Assembly (NCBI GenBank): GCA_964016885.1
Contig: OZ024741.1
Location: 107,322,001-107,386,000, forward strand
DNA: 64,000 bases
Origin: Eledone cirrhosa
Lineage: Eukaryota
Direction: 5' to 3'
A program made the translations under genes and the position numbers. Under the pieces are notes generated by a model that searched no databases, was not told the origin of the DNA, and was given only the letters and a program-made list of their open reading frames with translations. This document shows positions 39,897 through 52,998 of this stretch, in pieces (within the stretch, counting starts at the first letter, position 1; every line of letters starts with the position of its first letter).

Positions 39897-42800
39897 GGCG
39901 ACCTACGTAGTAAATCGTATCATCGTGAGCTCCGCAAAGGTTTGTTATTTCCGTTTGTTAAAAATTGCCATTTATGGAAAATTTTTATTGTTAACTATAT
40001 ATAAGCGCACATACATTGTTTTCTGAAAAGGACACCCAAAAAGATTGGGGCCTTGTGCCCAAAATTTAAACTTTTATGATTATCAAAAAATTTCTTTGAA
40101 AAAAAATGGCTAATTCACCACTGCACCAAGCAGCTGAAAGCCTTTCTCAGAAATTAACACCTCACACCGACACCACCATTGTAAATGATTATACGTCTTC
40201 CAACACAAACAATTTAAGCATTAGCAATATTTTAAATTTGTCTCAGGCAGACATTCATTTCCCGCCATTACCAATGACTGCAGGTGTTAAAGCCGCCGCC
40301 ACCACCACCACCACCGCGACAACCACCACCCCCACCACCACCGCGACAACAGAAACAAAAGTAAAAAATAAATCAACTCGTGATGTCGAAATATTTTCAA
40401 CCAAAATGGACTCTCCCAAACCGACTTTCACTGACGTCACCACCACCACAACTGAAACTAAAATTAATAATAACAAAAATAACGATAGCAACAACAACAA
40501 CAATGACATTAAAAAAACCACCCTGAGTTTTGCCAGAGTAGCAAAACAGTTCGAAGCATTTACGGTAACTCAGGAGGATTTAGAAAATGCCAAACAAATG
40601 GTAAAGAAAGATGGGTACAGGGTCAGCCTCCCCCCTCCCCCCAACCTAATAAAATGGAGCATCGGCGCCTATGCACCGTGTCGTATCGAACAATAAATGT
40701 AAAATCGCGCCGAGTGGAACAGGCATCCGAGTCCCAAATCCAAAAAGCTTTGGGACATGTGTGGGCAAGAAAAACCCACATCAGACATGGGCAGAAGTAT
40801 GGAACCGTGGACGTGTTCTTTGAAACACCAGAGGAGGCTAGAGAACACTCCATGGCCCCATTAAGAAGTGACGACTTCACACTCGTCCCAAGCTATTGTG
40901 GCCAGAGACTCGTAAAGATCAGGGTGACCCACGTTCCACCGGCCATCAAAATTCCCTGGCTAATAGCGGCCGTCCTCGCCGGCATCGAAGCCAACACAAA
41001 GATAATAGCAATAGCAAAAGAAAAGCAGGAGAACTGGTCCGGATCTGGGATGGAGCTCCTGATCCAAGCGGACCAAAAAAGCATTGAGGAGATCCCAGAG
41101 GTAATAGACCTCACTGACGGCAACCACCTCACCGTAATTGTCGAGGGCAGAAGGCCTAGGTGTGTCGTTTGTGGTGAAGGAACCCACCTAAGGGCTTTCT
41201 GCCCTCAGGCTAAAAGGTTGAGGCCACCTCTCCTACCCACCCCAGTGACACAACCATCAACACCACCAGTAGAAGAGATGGCAGCAACAACTGTAGCAGC
41301 AACAACAGAAGCAACTATAACAGCAACAACCCCAGCAACAGTAGCAAAACCAACACCACCACCACCAGCAAAACCAACACCACCACCACCAAACGCTTCA
41401 GAACTAGCACCAGCGCCTACACCATCCACCACGCCACAACCAAAACTAACGCCTGTGAAGGATTTTCCACTCCCCGGCCTATCACAACTGGAGACAGATT
41501 GTGACGACGAGGAGTGGGAAACGGTATCAGGAAAAAAAAAGGAAACCAAAAAAGAAAAAATTCTCTTCCTTCCCCCTCCAAAAACAAAATACAGAGGGAA
41601 ACAAATAAATTAACAAACAAAAAAGTTAGGACAGATATGCCACCATCCACACCAGCATCACCAACTCCATCAACCCAAACACCAACACCATCACCATCAT
41701 TAACACCAACACCATCACCATCATTAACCCCAACACCACCATCACCTACACCACAAAAGTCACCATAATGCGAAACAGAAACAAACCCACAACAAACGCA
41801 AACAAAACAAAACAACCAAAACGATACACACTACACAGCATTAAATTTGAGCAACAAGCAATTATTACACTACATCCAACACAACACCAGCATCACAGAA
41901 AAAGACTACACAACAACCCAAAAATTCACACCACCTCCACACATACAAATCACTCGCATCACACAGAAAACGTACATGACACTAAAACAAAAATTCCCCA
42001 AAGACATCGGAGACTTCCGACAAGCACTCTCCAGGAGGATTTATAAGGACATCCTTCCTGAGGAGGCCACAAGCAGTGAAAAGGATGGAAAAACCGTCCT
42101 TCCCCTACGAGAAGTAAGGTAAGTGGTCTTTCCCATCTTTTCCACTCCTTTTCAACATGACCTCACTCAGAATAGGCAGTATAAATGCGCGTGGCTTGGG
42201 GTCATCATGGAAGCAGGGCCACCTGCTCAACGACCTCAGGTCACTAAACATAGATGTAGTGGCCATCAGCGAGACCAGAATCTCCGAAGCACGGGCCTTC
42301 GCACCGATCTTCGGCGGCTACGATGTGTACGCATCTCCCAGCCGTCCGGGATCGGGGGGAGGAGTTGCTGTGCTTTTTCGGAGAGGCTTGGATCTCGCCA
42401 TACGGGCCATCTTCCTGGACCGAGAGGGTAAGTTGGTGGTGCTGGACGTGACCAGCGGAGAAGGGCAAGCTTTCAGGTTAGTGGCCGTCTATGCCCCGAA
42501 AGGAGCAGGGCGGCCTGATTTCTTCCGGCGTCTGGAGACCTTTCTTGGAACGTTCCGCTCTTTAGTGTTAGTGGGCGACTGGAACGGGATCTTAGATGCA
42601 CGCTGGGATTGTGTGGGATTAGTGGATAGGGAAGGAGGGTGCAAGAGTCTCACCAACCTGCTCAGGCGTTTTGAACTGTCTGACAGGTACCGAATGGATT
42701 TCCCGAATGTACCAATGTGGACTTGGACAAATCGCATAGGGTCATCCAGATCATATCTAGATAGAGTATTTTGTAGGGAAATAGATAGGTCTAGCATAGG

Positions 42801-45770
42801 TTGTCCACAATTCAAGATAGTCAGCTACACGGACCACAAATTCGTGATCTGTGTGCTTGACTTAGATAGGCTTCATAGACGAGGACCCGGCTACTGGAAG
42901 CTAAACGCGTCCTTACCAGCGCGCAAGGCCTACAGAGACCGGATTAGCGAACTAGTTAAGCGGGCGTTGATGGGGGCCATCGTCAACAACAAGTGGTGGT
43001 TTGCTCTGAAAAGAGCAATTAGAATAGAGTCCATTAGGTTTAGTAAGGCTTTAGCAATAGAGAAAAATAGAGCAGAGGGAGAATTAGTTAGAAAATTAGA
43101 CGAGGCGCTTAGCAAAGGCATCGCGACCGACGTACTTGCGGCGAAATTGTCCCTTGACCAATTCTTCAATGCAAAGCACGAAGGCTGCGTTGTCAGAGCT
43201 AGGGTGCGTGCTCTCAGACACGAGGGGACGAAAGCCGTTCAATGGGCCCGAGTGGCGGAGGCGCGTCGTGGCAATAAAGCCCCGATCCGGTCTTTGGTGG
43301 ACCACGACGGGCGCATGCTACTCGATCCCGGGCAAATGCGTGAAGCTTTTCAGCGACACTTCGCTCAACTGTTCGGGGGCAGTAGCGGGCGGGATCGAGG
43401 GATGGACTTTTGTGTCTACCTCGACGGACTCCCGCGGCTTTCGGCCACTGAGGCGGCGTGTTGCGAAAAGCCGATAACAACCGCTGAAGTACGGGAGGCA
43501 ATGACTGGCTGCACAGGGGGTAAATCGTTTGGATGGTCTGCCCTATGAACTTTACGTACAAATGCCAGACTTGTTCGGAGGCCTCTTGGCGAACGTCTAC
43601 TACAACTGGCAACAGAACGGGAGAATTCCCAGTTCTGTGAGCCGAAGAGCGGTGGCGCTGCTGAGAAAGGATCCGAACAAGGGGGATAACATAGATAATT
43701 TTAGGCCCATAACTCTGCTAAACACAGAGTTCAAGATTTTGGCCAAGGTGCTAGCAAAGAGGTTGGCGCTTGTCGTTGGTGGTCTGGTGGGAGAGGCACA
43801 GACATGCGCCATTCCCGACAGATCCATCCACGACAACTTCCACCTCATACGATACATCGTAGAGAGGGTAGCTAGGGAACCTGGCACGGGTGGGTCTTTG
43901 ATCAATTTAGATCAGTCGAAAGCCTTCGATATGGTCGACCATCGTTACCTAGCGGCAGTCCTGAGGGCGGTTGGCTTTGTGCCCGTCTTCAGAGGCTGGA
44001 TCGCTGCCATGCACAGCGACATCTGCTCTGTAGTGAGAGTGAACGGTCACCTTTCGGAACCGTTCAACATCATGCGCTCGGTCCGCCAAGGATGTCCCCT
44101 CTCGTCCCTATTGTACGTATTGACTCTCGAGCCATTACTACACAAACTGGAGACGTTGAGGGGGGTCCCGCGCGAACTAGGATGCGGAAGATCCGTGTCA
44201 GCATATGCGGACGATGTCACCGTAGTGGTGTCGAACTCCAAACACATCGAGGCGATCGGCACTACACTAAGAGAATACGAAGCAGTGACAGGAGCAATGA
44301 TCAACCAGGAAAAGTCAGTGGGCCTGCAGCTCGGCACCTGGAGAGGCAGGTCCATGCCGTCCAACAGCGTCGTCGGGCGCTGGACGGACGGACCGGTTAA
44401 ATTGCTAGGGGTCTGGTTCGGTCCAGACCTCCAGACGGACAAAAACTGGGACGAGGTGACGAGCAGGGTGGCTTCTCTCACCCAGAAATGGGCTGAGAGG
44501 AAGCTATCCGTCATCTACTACCGCCTGACCGTCGTACCTTGTCCTAAGCCCCGCCTGACTGCGCTGGAGCGTTTGCTCTTTCGCTTCTTGTGGAAGGGAC
44601 GCGCTCCGATGGTCAGGCGCTCCATCTGCTGTCAACACCCGCTACGTGGAGGGCTGGGCATGCCGTGGCTGATGATGCGCAGACACGCGCTCAGGCTACG
44701 ACATCTCCACCTCTTCCTCGACGGTGATCAGATGTGGTCGCCGTTTGCTAGACACGTTTTTCCCCAGCTCGTCTCCTTGATGGAGCTGCAGTCCTGGGTC
44801 AAGCGAAGACCGAGAGGGAGCGCTTGGAGACTGGAATGTCTTCAGGCGCTCACAGCCCTCGACCAATCGGGCAATGTGATCGGTGGAAACTCCACCTTGG
44901 CGTTCTATAGCGGATTAGTGGAGGGTAAGAGCGACGACGTACTCGGAGAAACTCTAGGCGTCGACGAAAATCAACTAGCCAATCTCTTCGGAAGGACTTT
45001 CGGGCCGGGGCCTATGGACAACTTCCAGAAATCCCTGGCTTGGCAGTGCTACCGGGGTGCTTTGCCAGTTCGGGATAAACTCTACAGGCATGGAGGTGCC
45101 ATCAGCCGGGCATGTCCGAGATGCGCACAGGGCGACGAAACCGTCCTGCACGCACTCGTCCAGTGTCCGAGCATTGCTGACTTGTGGGTTTATGTCGAAC
45201 ACCTGCTGTCACGTGGAGGACGGATCCAGCTATCAGCTGAGTCCATCGTGAGGATTGCCCCGCCCTCTTCCTTTAGCCGGGAAGGGAAGGCAGTTTTTAT
45301 CTGTCTGGTGGCCATGGCGAAAGAGATAGTATGGTGGACACGTTTGAAAGGGCTGAAGACGAGCACTTACCTCTTCGGTGATGCCCTGATTAACTTTTTC
45401 AAATTTAATTTGAAAAGGAAAATCAGGGTAGAGAGGGAAGTGCTCTCTTCCCAGCATTTTGTTGAAAGATGGGTGAGAGAAGCAAGTATGGCCCGAATGA
45501 ATGGGCCTTCTCTGAGTATCTGTCTGTAAATTAAAGGTGGAAAACTGGGAGAGGGCACTTGCCCTGGTGGTCAGGATCACTGTTGTCTTTTAATGGGCTT
45601 TCTTCACAAATGTCCCTCGGAAGCCTCCCCCCTATTGGGGAATTTTTCTTTGTTATTTTATTACATCCTCTTTTTTTTACACGCAGAAATGCCCATTTGT
45701 ACCGTCCTGTATTGTCCTGTACTGTCCTTAATGTCTACTTTATGTAAACCCTTGTGGTTAATAAAGAAAA

Positions 45771-45771
<1 letters not shown>
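39897..45771 (+). mobile_element. Tx1-group (L1 clade) retrotransposon, copy 1, disrupted
   Basis: ORF1 40106-42122 is frameshifted and has the knuckle CVVCGEGTHLRAFC. ORF2 42157-45529 is APE-RT-CCHC with a frameshift at ~43527 and an in-frame deletion at ~44508. Ends AATAAA plus (TTA)n and is preceded by (TTA)n. Confidence 0.92.
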
Positions 45772-45811
<40 letters not shown>

Positions 45812-45812
<1 letters not shown>

Positions 45813-48800
45813 AGTTGCATTTATCTTGCTTTATGTTCATACGAGTTACCACCATGTCACAACCAGTGACCTCAAGAGACAACAAGGTCCGCCATGTTCA
45901 AGGAAGAACATATATACTCACACATGCATCTTTAGTGTTTAGACTTGTGATGTACTTATATTGACAGAATCTTCTTTAGTATATGGGCAGTTCCCATTAG
46001 TACTATCTTTTGTATTTCTCCTATACGCGGTTTTCCTGGGATCTGCGATAAGTAATCATTAGACCCCTTAGGTATCATTCCCAGAGCGCCTACAACCACT
46101 GGTATTGTTTTAGTTCTCAATTTCCACATTTTTCCAATTTCTATCTCCAGGTCCTTATACTTGCTCAATTTTTCAAATGTTTTTATAGATACATTCTTGT
46201 CTATTGGAACAGACATATCAATTAGCAGGCATACCCTCTTTTTAAAGTCCTTCAATTTTATATCAGGTCTATTTGCATCTATTTTTCGGTCTGTTTGGAT
46301 GCTAAAGTTCCACAAGATTGAGATGTGATCTTTTTCAAGTATGGGAGGTGGTTGATGCTCCCACCAATTCTTTTGATGGGGCAGGTCAAAATGCTTACAC
46401 ATTATCCAATGTATGTATTGTGCAGCTCTGTCATGCCTGTTTAGGTATTCGGTTGGAGCTATAGGACTGCACATTGAAATTATATGGTCAATGATCTCTG
46501 GTTGTTTTTTACATACACGACATAATGGGCTGCATCCATTTTTTATTATGTTGGCTTGGTAATTTTTTGTTGGCAGACACTGATATTGTGCTGATATAAT
46601 CAGTCCTTCAGTCTCCGATTTCAGTCCAGAGGATGCCAACCACTGATGGGTTAAAGTTTTGTCAACATCAGGATTGTTAGCTCGCTCTGGGTATTTTCCA
46701 TACAGAGGCTTTTCTTGCCATTTCTTAGCCAGTTTCTGTAGCAGTTCTTTCTTTGCAGTTACTTTTACCTGCTTTGCTTTTTCTGTGTTTTCCATTTCAG
46801 CAGTAAATGGGACTTCTGAAATTTGTAGTCCATTACTGTATCTTTGTGCATCTTTTGTAATGGAATATGATCTTTTGATGCTTTCGTGTTTCAAAACGAG
46901 TTTGATCATCCAATCATGTGATTCCCTTAGATATGTAGATAATCCAATTGTTGCCGTTTTCAACGCAATGTCTAACTGGATTAACCCACGTCCTCCTTCT
47001 TTCCTAGGGAGATATATTCTATCTATATCTGCCTTAGGGTGATGCATTCTGTGCATGGTTAAGAATTTTCGAATTTTTGTATCGAGCCTACGGATCTCTG
47101 TGCTTGACCAGTTGATGACATTGTAACTGTAGGTTACTACTGGTATGGCAAGCGTGTTTATGGCATCGATCCTATTCCTTGCATTCAATTCCGTTCTTAA
47201 GACTGCTCCTACTCTGCGGTAACATTCCTTCCTTATCATTTCCCTCATTGTCGAGTGCTTGATTCCGTCTCCTTCACAAACACCTAGATATTTGTAAGTT
47301 TTTTCTTGATCAAGTTCTCTTATCACGTTCCCCCGATCAAGATTAATGTCTGAACTCTTCAGCAGCTTTCCTCTGGTGAACGTTGCTTTGGCGCATTTAT
47401 CTAGTCCAAACTCCATTTTAATGTCATCACTGAACTGCCCCACAGTGGATAATAGCCCTTGCAATTGTTCATCATTTTTTGCAAATAGTTTCAGGTCATC
47501 CATGTAGAACAGGTGATTAATGGTTTTGTCATAGACTTTATATCCATGTTTTGTTTCATTGAGCATTTTACTTAATGGTATAAGTGCGATGCAGAATAAA
47601 AGCGGTGATAAAGAGTCACCCTGAAAAATTCCACAATTAATATTAACTTCTCCAGCTTCCAGTGATTTTGTTTCACTATTCAAAAGGAGTGTCGTTTTCC
47701 ATGTCTTCATACTGAATGACAAAAATCTCCTGACAACGGGGGATATTTTGAAAATCTCTAAACATTTTTCAATCCAACTGTGTGGCAAACTATCGAATGC
47801 TTTTTTATAATCTATCCAAGCAATCGATAGATTTTTGTGTCTATTATGACAATCTTCCAGTATCATTTTGTTAACCAGAAGCTGATCCTTACAGCCATAT
47901 GAGCCTCGTTTACACCCTTTCTGCTCAATGGGAAATAGGTCATTTGTTATCAAGTGGTCATATGTGTATTCAGTTAGGACTGATGTTAAAATTTTATACA
48001 TTGTGGTCAAGCAAGTTATCGGTCTGTAATTTTTTGGATTGTTTGTCTCATCATTCTTCGGAAGCAGGAATGTAATGCCGTTAACTAGCCATGATGGTAT
48101 CTTTTCTGGCTCCTTAACTATTTCATTGTAAAGTTGGGCCAACAGCTCATGAGACTCTGTGAAGGCATTTATCCAAAAGTTTTGTATTTTGTCTTTTCCT
48201 GGGGATTTCCATTTGCTGGTTTTTCTAAGAGCCAAGCGCAACTGTTCAACTGTTATATTTTCCCATATTTATTCCTCAAGGTGAGCTGTATCTTTCATTT
48301 GTCTGTCTATCCATGGGGCATGTATGTTATGAACTTTTTCTTCGGCCCAGATCTTTTCCCAGAATTCTTGCACTTCCTCCTTGGGTGGTATTGATTTAGC
48401 AGTTATTGTTGACTTACCAATTTTTCTGTAGAAGTTTCTTTGGTTGTTTTTGAACATATTATTGTCCTTATAGAATCTAGATCGTTTTTCAAAGCGCCTT
48501 ATACGAGCAGCTTTGGCAGACACTTTTTGCTTGATTATTTCTATCAGCATGTCTATGTCACATGTTGATTTTATACTGTACTTTTTTTTCAATTTTCTAA
48601 GTTTAGTTTGTTTAACATGTTCACCTACTTTATAGTTTGTTAAAATTTCTATGTCAGATCGGAGAAGGTTTATTTGGCGATTGATGTTCTCTTGCCAAGT
48701 AGATTTCTTGTGGGAATTCCTTTGATTTTTCATCTTCACTCCACATAAGTGAGTGGTGACTTTAGCCGATGCATAATAGAGATGATTTAAATCAGTAATG

Positions 48801-49770
48801 TTTAGTTTGTTTGTGATGATAATGTTTTTGAGAATTATGTTAGTCTTGTGTATTATCTTTTGGTTCTGTCTGGAGTTCTGGATCTTAGGGAGGGTGTCCC
48901 GTTGCCCCATGTCAGATTCTTTCATTTTCATCCATTCGATCATAATTTCATCCTTCAAGTTGGCAAGTTCATTCTCATTCATTTCTTTATCATTTACGAT
49001 CTCATTATTTTCATTTGGAGTTTCATCCTGAGCATGCACTCCCTCCACTTTTTCGATCCTTTCTTTAATTTGTTCTGTTGCCAGTGATTCCGCCCCAACC
49101 CTGGGGTTCGAAGTGTTACAGTTTACCTCGTTTTCACTGACACATGTTTCATTTTCCCTTCGCTGACTTTGTGCTAATAGCTTGATCTGATCAATTTCTA
49201 TATCAGTTAGTAACTTTTTTCTTACAATATTTCTTCGTATATTGGCTAGTTTGTTACTGTCAATATAGCCTCTGTTTTCGGGATGTTTCTTTTTCCAGTT
49301 GATATATGTCTGTTCTGTATTCGATGTATTTGATGGGTAGTACATGGCAGTGTAGAAAGCCTCAAGGACTTCTTTATTATCTTCCCTTGACCATTTTTCT
49401 CTCTTTTTCTTTGGATTTCTTGGTGGTGAGCATGGAGGGCCAACAGTAGGAGTATTCCGGTTATGGGAGGTTTCCAGCTCCGAAGTGATGGGAAGGCTTG
49501 AACCATTAGCTGATTTTTCGACCCCAGTCTGGTTCCTCTCTGAGGGACGCGGCCCTTTTTTACCCGGGTGACGGCCGATCCGGTATGAGATTTTATCATT
49601 AGACATTTACTTTATTTTGTCGCGTTTTATCCTTATCCGCCAAGGGGTAATCATTTCGTGTTACCACTTCTAGAACGAGTGTCAACCAAGACTAGAGGGG
49701 TCGTTCTCCCCTAGAGACACGGCTATTCCCCGCCGGCCGCCATCCCGGTATTTCTTGGTCACGGGGTTTT
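45812..49770 (-). mobile_element. R4/Dong-clade RLE retrotransposon
   Basis: Single ORF 49606-45956 with one in-frame TAA at 48269-48271. RT (WIDYKKAFDS, GIFQGDSLSP, FYMDD), CRVC..H...C, RHD and RPD..D restriction-like nuclease. 3' end abuts (TAA)n. Confidence 0.9.
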
Positions 49771-50110
49771 CTTTTTGTTGTTTTTTTTAAATTGTTATTA
49801 TCATGAGTGGTTCCTTAATGTGAGCATTGCGTGGCTTAAGAATGAAATTATTAATAATTGTCTCCACTTCAGGCACAAGGCCAGCAATCACCCAGTGCAT
49901 TACAATAATATAATATACTTTTTGCTGTAGTTGATTGTTATTGTTGTTGGCTATGTCGGTGGTGGTGCCGGGGCTTTTTATATTGTTGGTGAGGAAGGGG
50001 TGAGCCAGCAGTCCCATAGTTGTTGATGTTGACGTTTGGCCGGTGGCCAGGTCACTAAGTCAATCTATTTATATCTTTTGCTAGCCTCTCCCTTGTCTAG
50101 TGATACCGCC

Positions 50111-50633
50111 ACGCCCTCCTCCTTTAGCCGGGAAGGGCAGGCAGTTTTTATCTGTCTGGTGGCCATGGCGAAAGAGATAGTATGGTGGACACGTTTGAAA
50201 GGGCTGAAGACGAGCACTTACCTCTTCGGTGATGCTCTGATTGACTTTTTCAAATTTTATTTGAAAAGGAAAATCAGAGTAGAGAGGGAAGTGCTCTCTT
50301 CCCAGCATTTTGTTGAAAGATGGGTGAGAGAAGCAAGAATGGCCCGAGTGAATGGGCCTACTCTGAGTATATATCTGTAAATTAAAGGTGGAAAACTGGG
50401 AGAGGGCACTTGCCTTGGTGGTCAGGGTCATTGTGGCTTTTTACTGGGCTTTCTCCACAAATGTCCCTCCGAAGTCTTCCCCCTATTGGGGAATATTTCA
50501 TTGTTATTTTTGGTTACACCCTCTGTTTTTTTTGTTTTTTTACACGCAGAAATGCCCATTTGTACCGTCTTTATTGTCCTGCACTGTCCTTAATGTCTAC
50601 TTTATGTAAACCCTTGTGGTTAATAAAGAAATC
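50111..50633 (+). mobile_element. 5'-truncated Tx1 copy (3' end only)
   Basis: Near-identical to ~56150-56674, followed by (TTA)n. Confidence 0.92.
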
Positions 50634-50867
50634 ATTATTATTATTATTATTGAATGCCATGATTGACGGAGGCTCGGCTCTGTAAGGTATAGTAATTTTT
50701 AACCGTTAAAACAATTGTAAATTGTTTAAAACTTGAACCAAATTATTGATAAAGACACCCTCCTCCTCGTGAGAGGGGTCTTTCTGTCCGTTATTTGGCC
50801 CTTCGGGGTTAAATAACCAGTTATTGGGGTTTTGTACCCAAAATTTCATTTTAAACAAAAAAACAAC

Positions 50868-52963
50868 ATGGCTACGAAAAAGAAATTTCATACGTCACTC
50901 CCACTCATTCCGTCTTCTTCTTCCTCAATCATCACTACAGCAGAGAGAAGATTGTCTCTCTCCCTCCCTTCTTTAACTGTGTCTCTCTCCCTCCCTTCTC
51001 TTTCGCAAGTGACGAAAGAAAAGAAAAGTCTCGTGCAAAGCGTGCAAGGTTTCTCCACGACGACGACGACAGCGACGAAACAGGTGTGCGGGAAATACGA
51101 AAACCCAGTTCATTCGTCTGACGTCAGGAATAATAGCAGTAGCAGCCGTAATAACAACAGCAACAGTGACAATGAAAACAACAGTAGCAGCCGCAACAGC
51201 ATCACCAGCAGCATAAACAACAACAGCATTAGCAGCAGCAACACCAACAACAACCACAGCAACAGCGGCGGAGGCAGTAGTAGTACCTGCAGCAACAACA
51301 AAAGTACCAGCAGCTCTGACGACAACAACAACAGCAGAGAAAAACCAATCTCATTTGCAGGTATTGCGAAAAACTTGGAAACAATCCTCATAACAAATGA
51401 GGAATTAGAGGAAGCGAAGAAGATGGTGACAAAGAACGGACACCGAGCAATCTGCAAGGCAGCGGAAACATTTTTCGAAACCCAAGAGCACTGTACGGTC
51501 ACGTACCGTACAGTAAGTACAAAATCCCGTAGGGTGGAAAGAGCCACAGAGGCCCAAATACAAAAAGCCTTGGGGTCTGTGTGGCAGCGGAAAACGCACA
51601 TCACCCGAGGCAAAAAATATGCCACCGTAGACGTACTTTTTGCCACACCCCAGGAGGCAAAGGCCCAATCAGTAGTGACCCTAAGGAGCGAGGAAATGGT
51701 GTTGGTGCCCTCCTACTGCGGGCAAAAAATTGTGAGGGTCAAACTGACCCACGTCCCCCCCCCGGAATGACCCCTTCTTGGCTGGCCGCGTCTGTCCTCG
51801 TCGGAATCGAGGACAAAACAACTGTACTGCAAGTACAGAAAAAAGTAAGAGAAGATTGGGTCGGCTCCTCCATTGAGATGCTAATCCAAACCAACCAGGA
51901 GTGCATCGAAGCTATCCCGGATGTGATAGACTTCGATAACGGCACTCAACTGCCCATAAGTGTTGAGGGCAAACGCCCGAAATGCTTTCGCTGTGGATCG
52001 AAGACTCACCTCAGGGCCTTCTGCAACGAGAAAACCCTGAGAAAGGAGAAAACCCCCCTCCTTCCGAATCCGGCTCCACGGCTACCAGCAACAGGACAAG
52101 CGGCAACCAGGAACGATAGGTCCGTGGGACCCATACCCACTCCACGGAAATCAAAAACAGCAGCAGCAGTGGAAATATTAACAACAACAACAGCAATACC
52201 AAATGCAGCTGCAACAGAGACTCCAGTGCAAACATCACCAACAACAACAAGTGAAAGAGTGGAGCTGGTACCCCTCCCCGACCTCACAGAATCAGACATG
52301 GAGTGTGAGGTGGGAGAGGGATGGCAAAAGGTCGCAAGAAGGCACAAACGCAGAAGCAGCGCATCGTCGCCTTTGAAAAGGGAGGAAAGAAATGAGAAAA
52401 GGGTAAAGTCTACTGCAAAGAGACCCACAGCAGCAACACCACCAACACCATCACCACCCACACCAGCACCACCATCACCACCGGCGACAACCCCACCGCC
52501 AACAACACCTTCAACACCACCACCACAAGCACCAACATCGCAAACACAACAACAAAACACACACACCCAGCAACAACGACAAGAAAATAGCAGAACCACA
52601 CCCCACCCCCAGAAAAACAAATGCACGGCAATAAACACACACAACAAGAAACTAATGACTTACATAATTGAACACACAGACATTTCACAACAGGACTACA
52701 TAATACCAGCACCAATCAAAACGCCAACTAACATAAGACTGCTAAAAATAGCACAGAAACAATACACAAACATTAAAACGAAATTCCCCAACGCAGTTGG
52801 TGATTTCAGGGACCTAGGAGGAACCATCAATCGAAGAGTATATTCAGACATTCTCTTAGAAGAGCCGACGACCAGCCGAAGGGACGATTCAACGGTCCCT
52901 TCACCAGACGATCAAGTGAAAAGGGATGTAAAAACCATCCCTCCTCTACCAAAAGTACGGTAA
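50868..52963 (+). CDS. Tx1 ORF1 (gag-like CCHC knuckle), one frameshift in a C9 run at ~51755-51763
   Basis: ORFs 50832-51770 and 51581-52963 join at the C run. Knuckle CFRCGSKTHLRAFC. Homologous to copy 1 ORF1. Confidence 0.75.
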
Positions 52964-52998
52964 GTGGTCTTTCCCATCTTTTCCACTCTATTTTAAAC

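Noticed and set aside
51755-51763. Programmed frameshift in Tx1 ORF1
   Set aside because: The frameshifts fall at different homopolymer runs in the two copies, so slippage or sequencing error is more likely.
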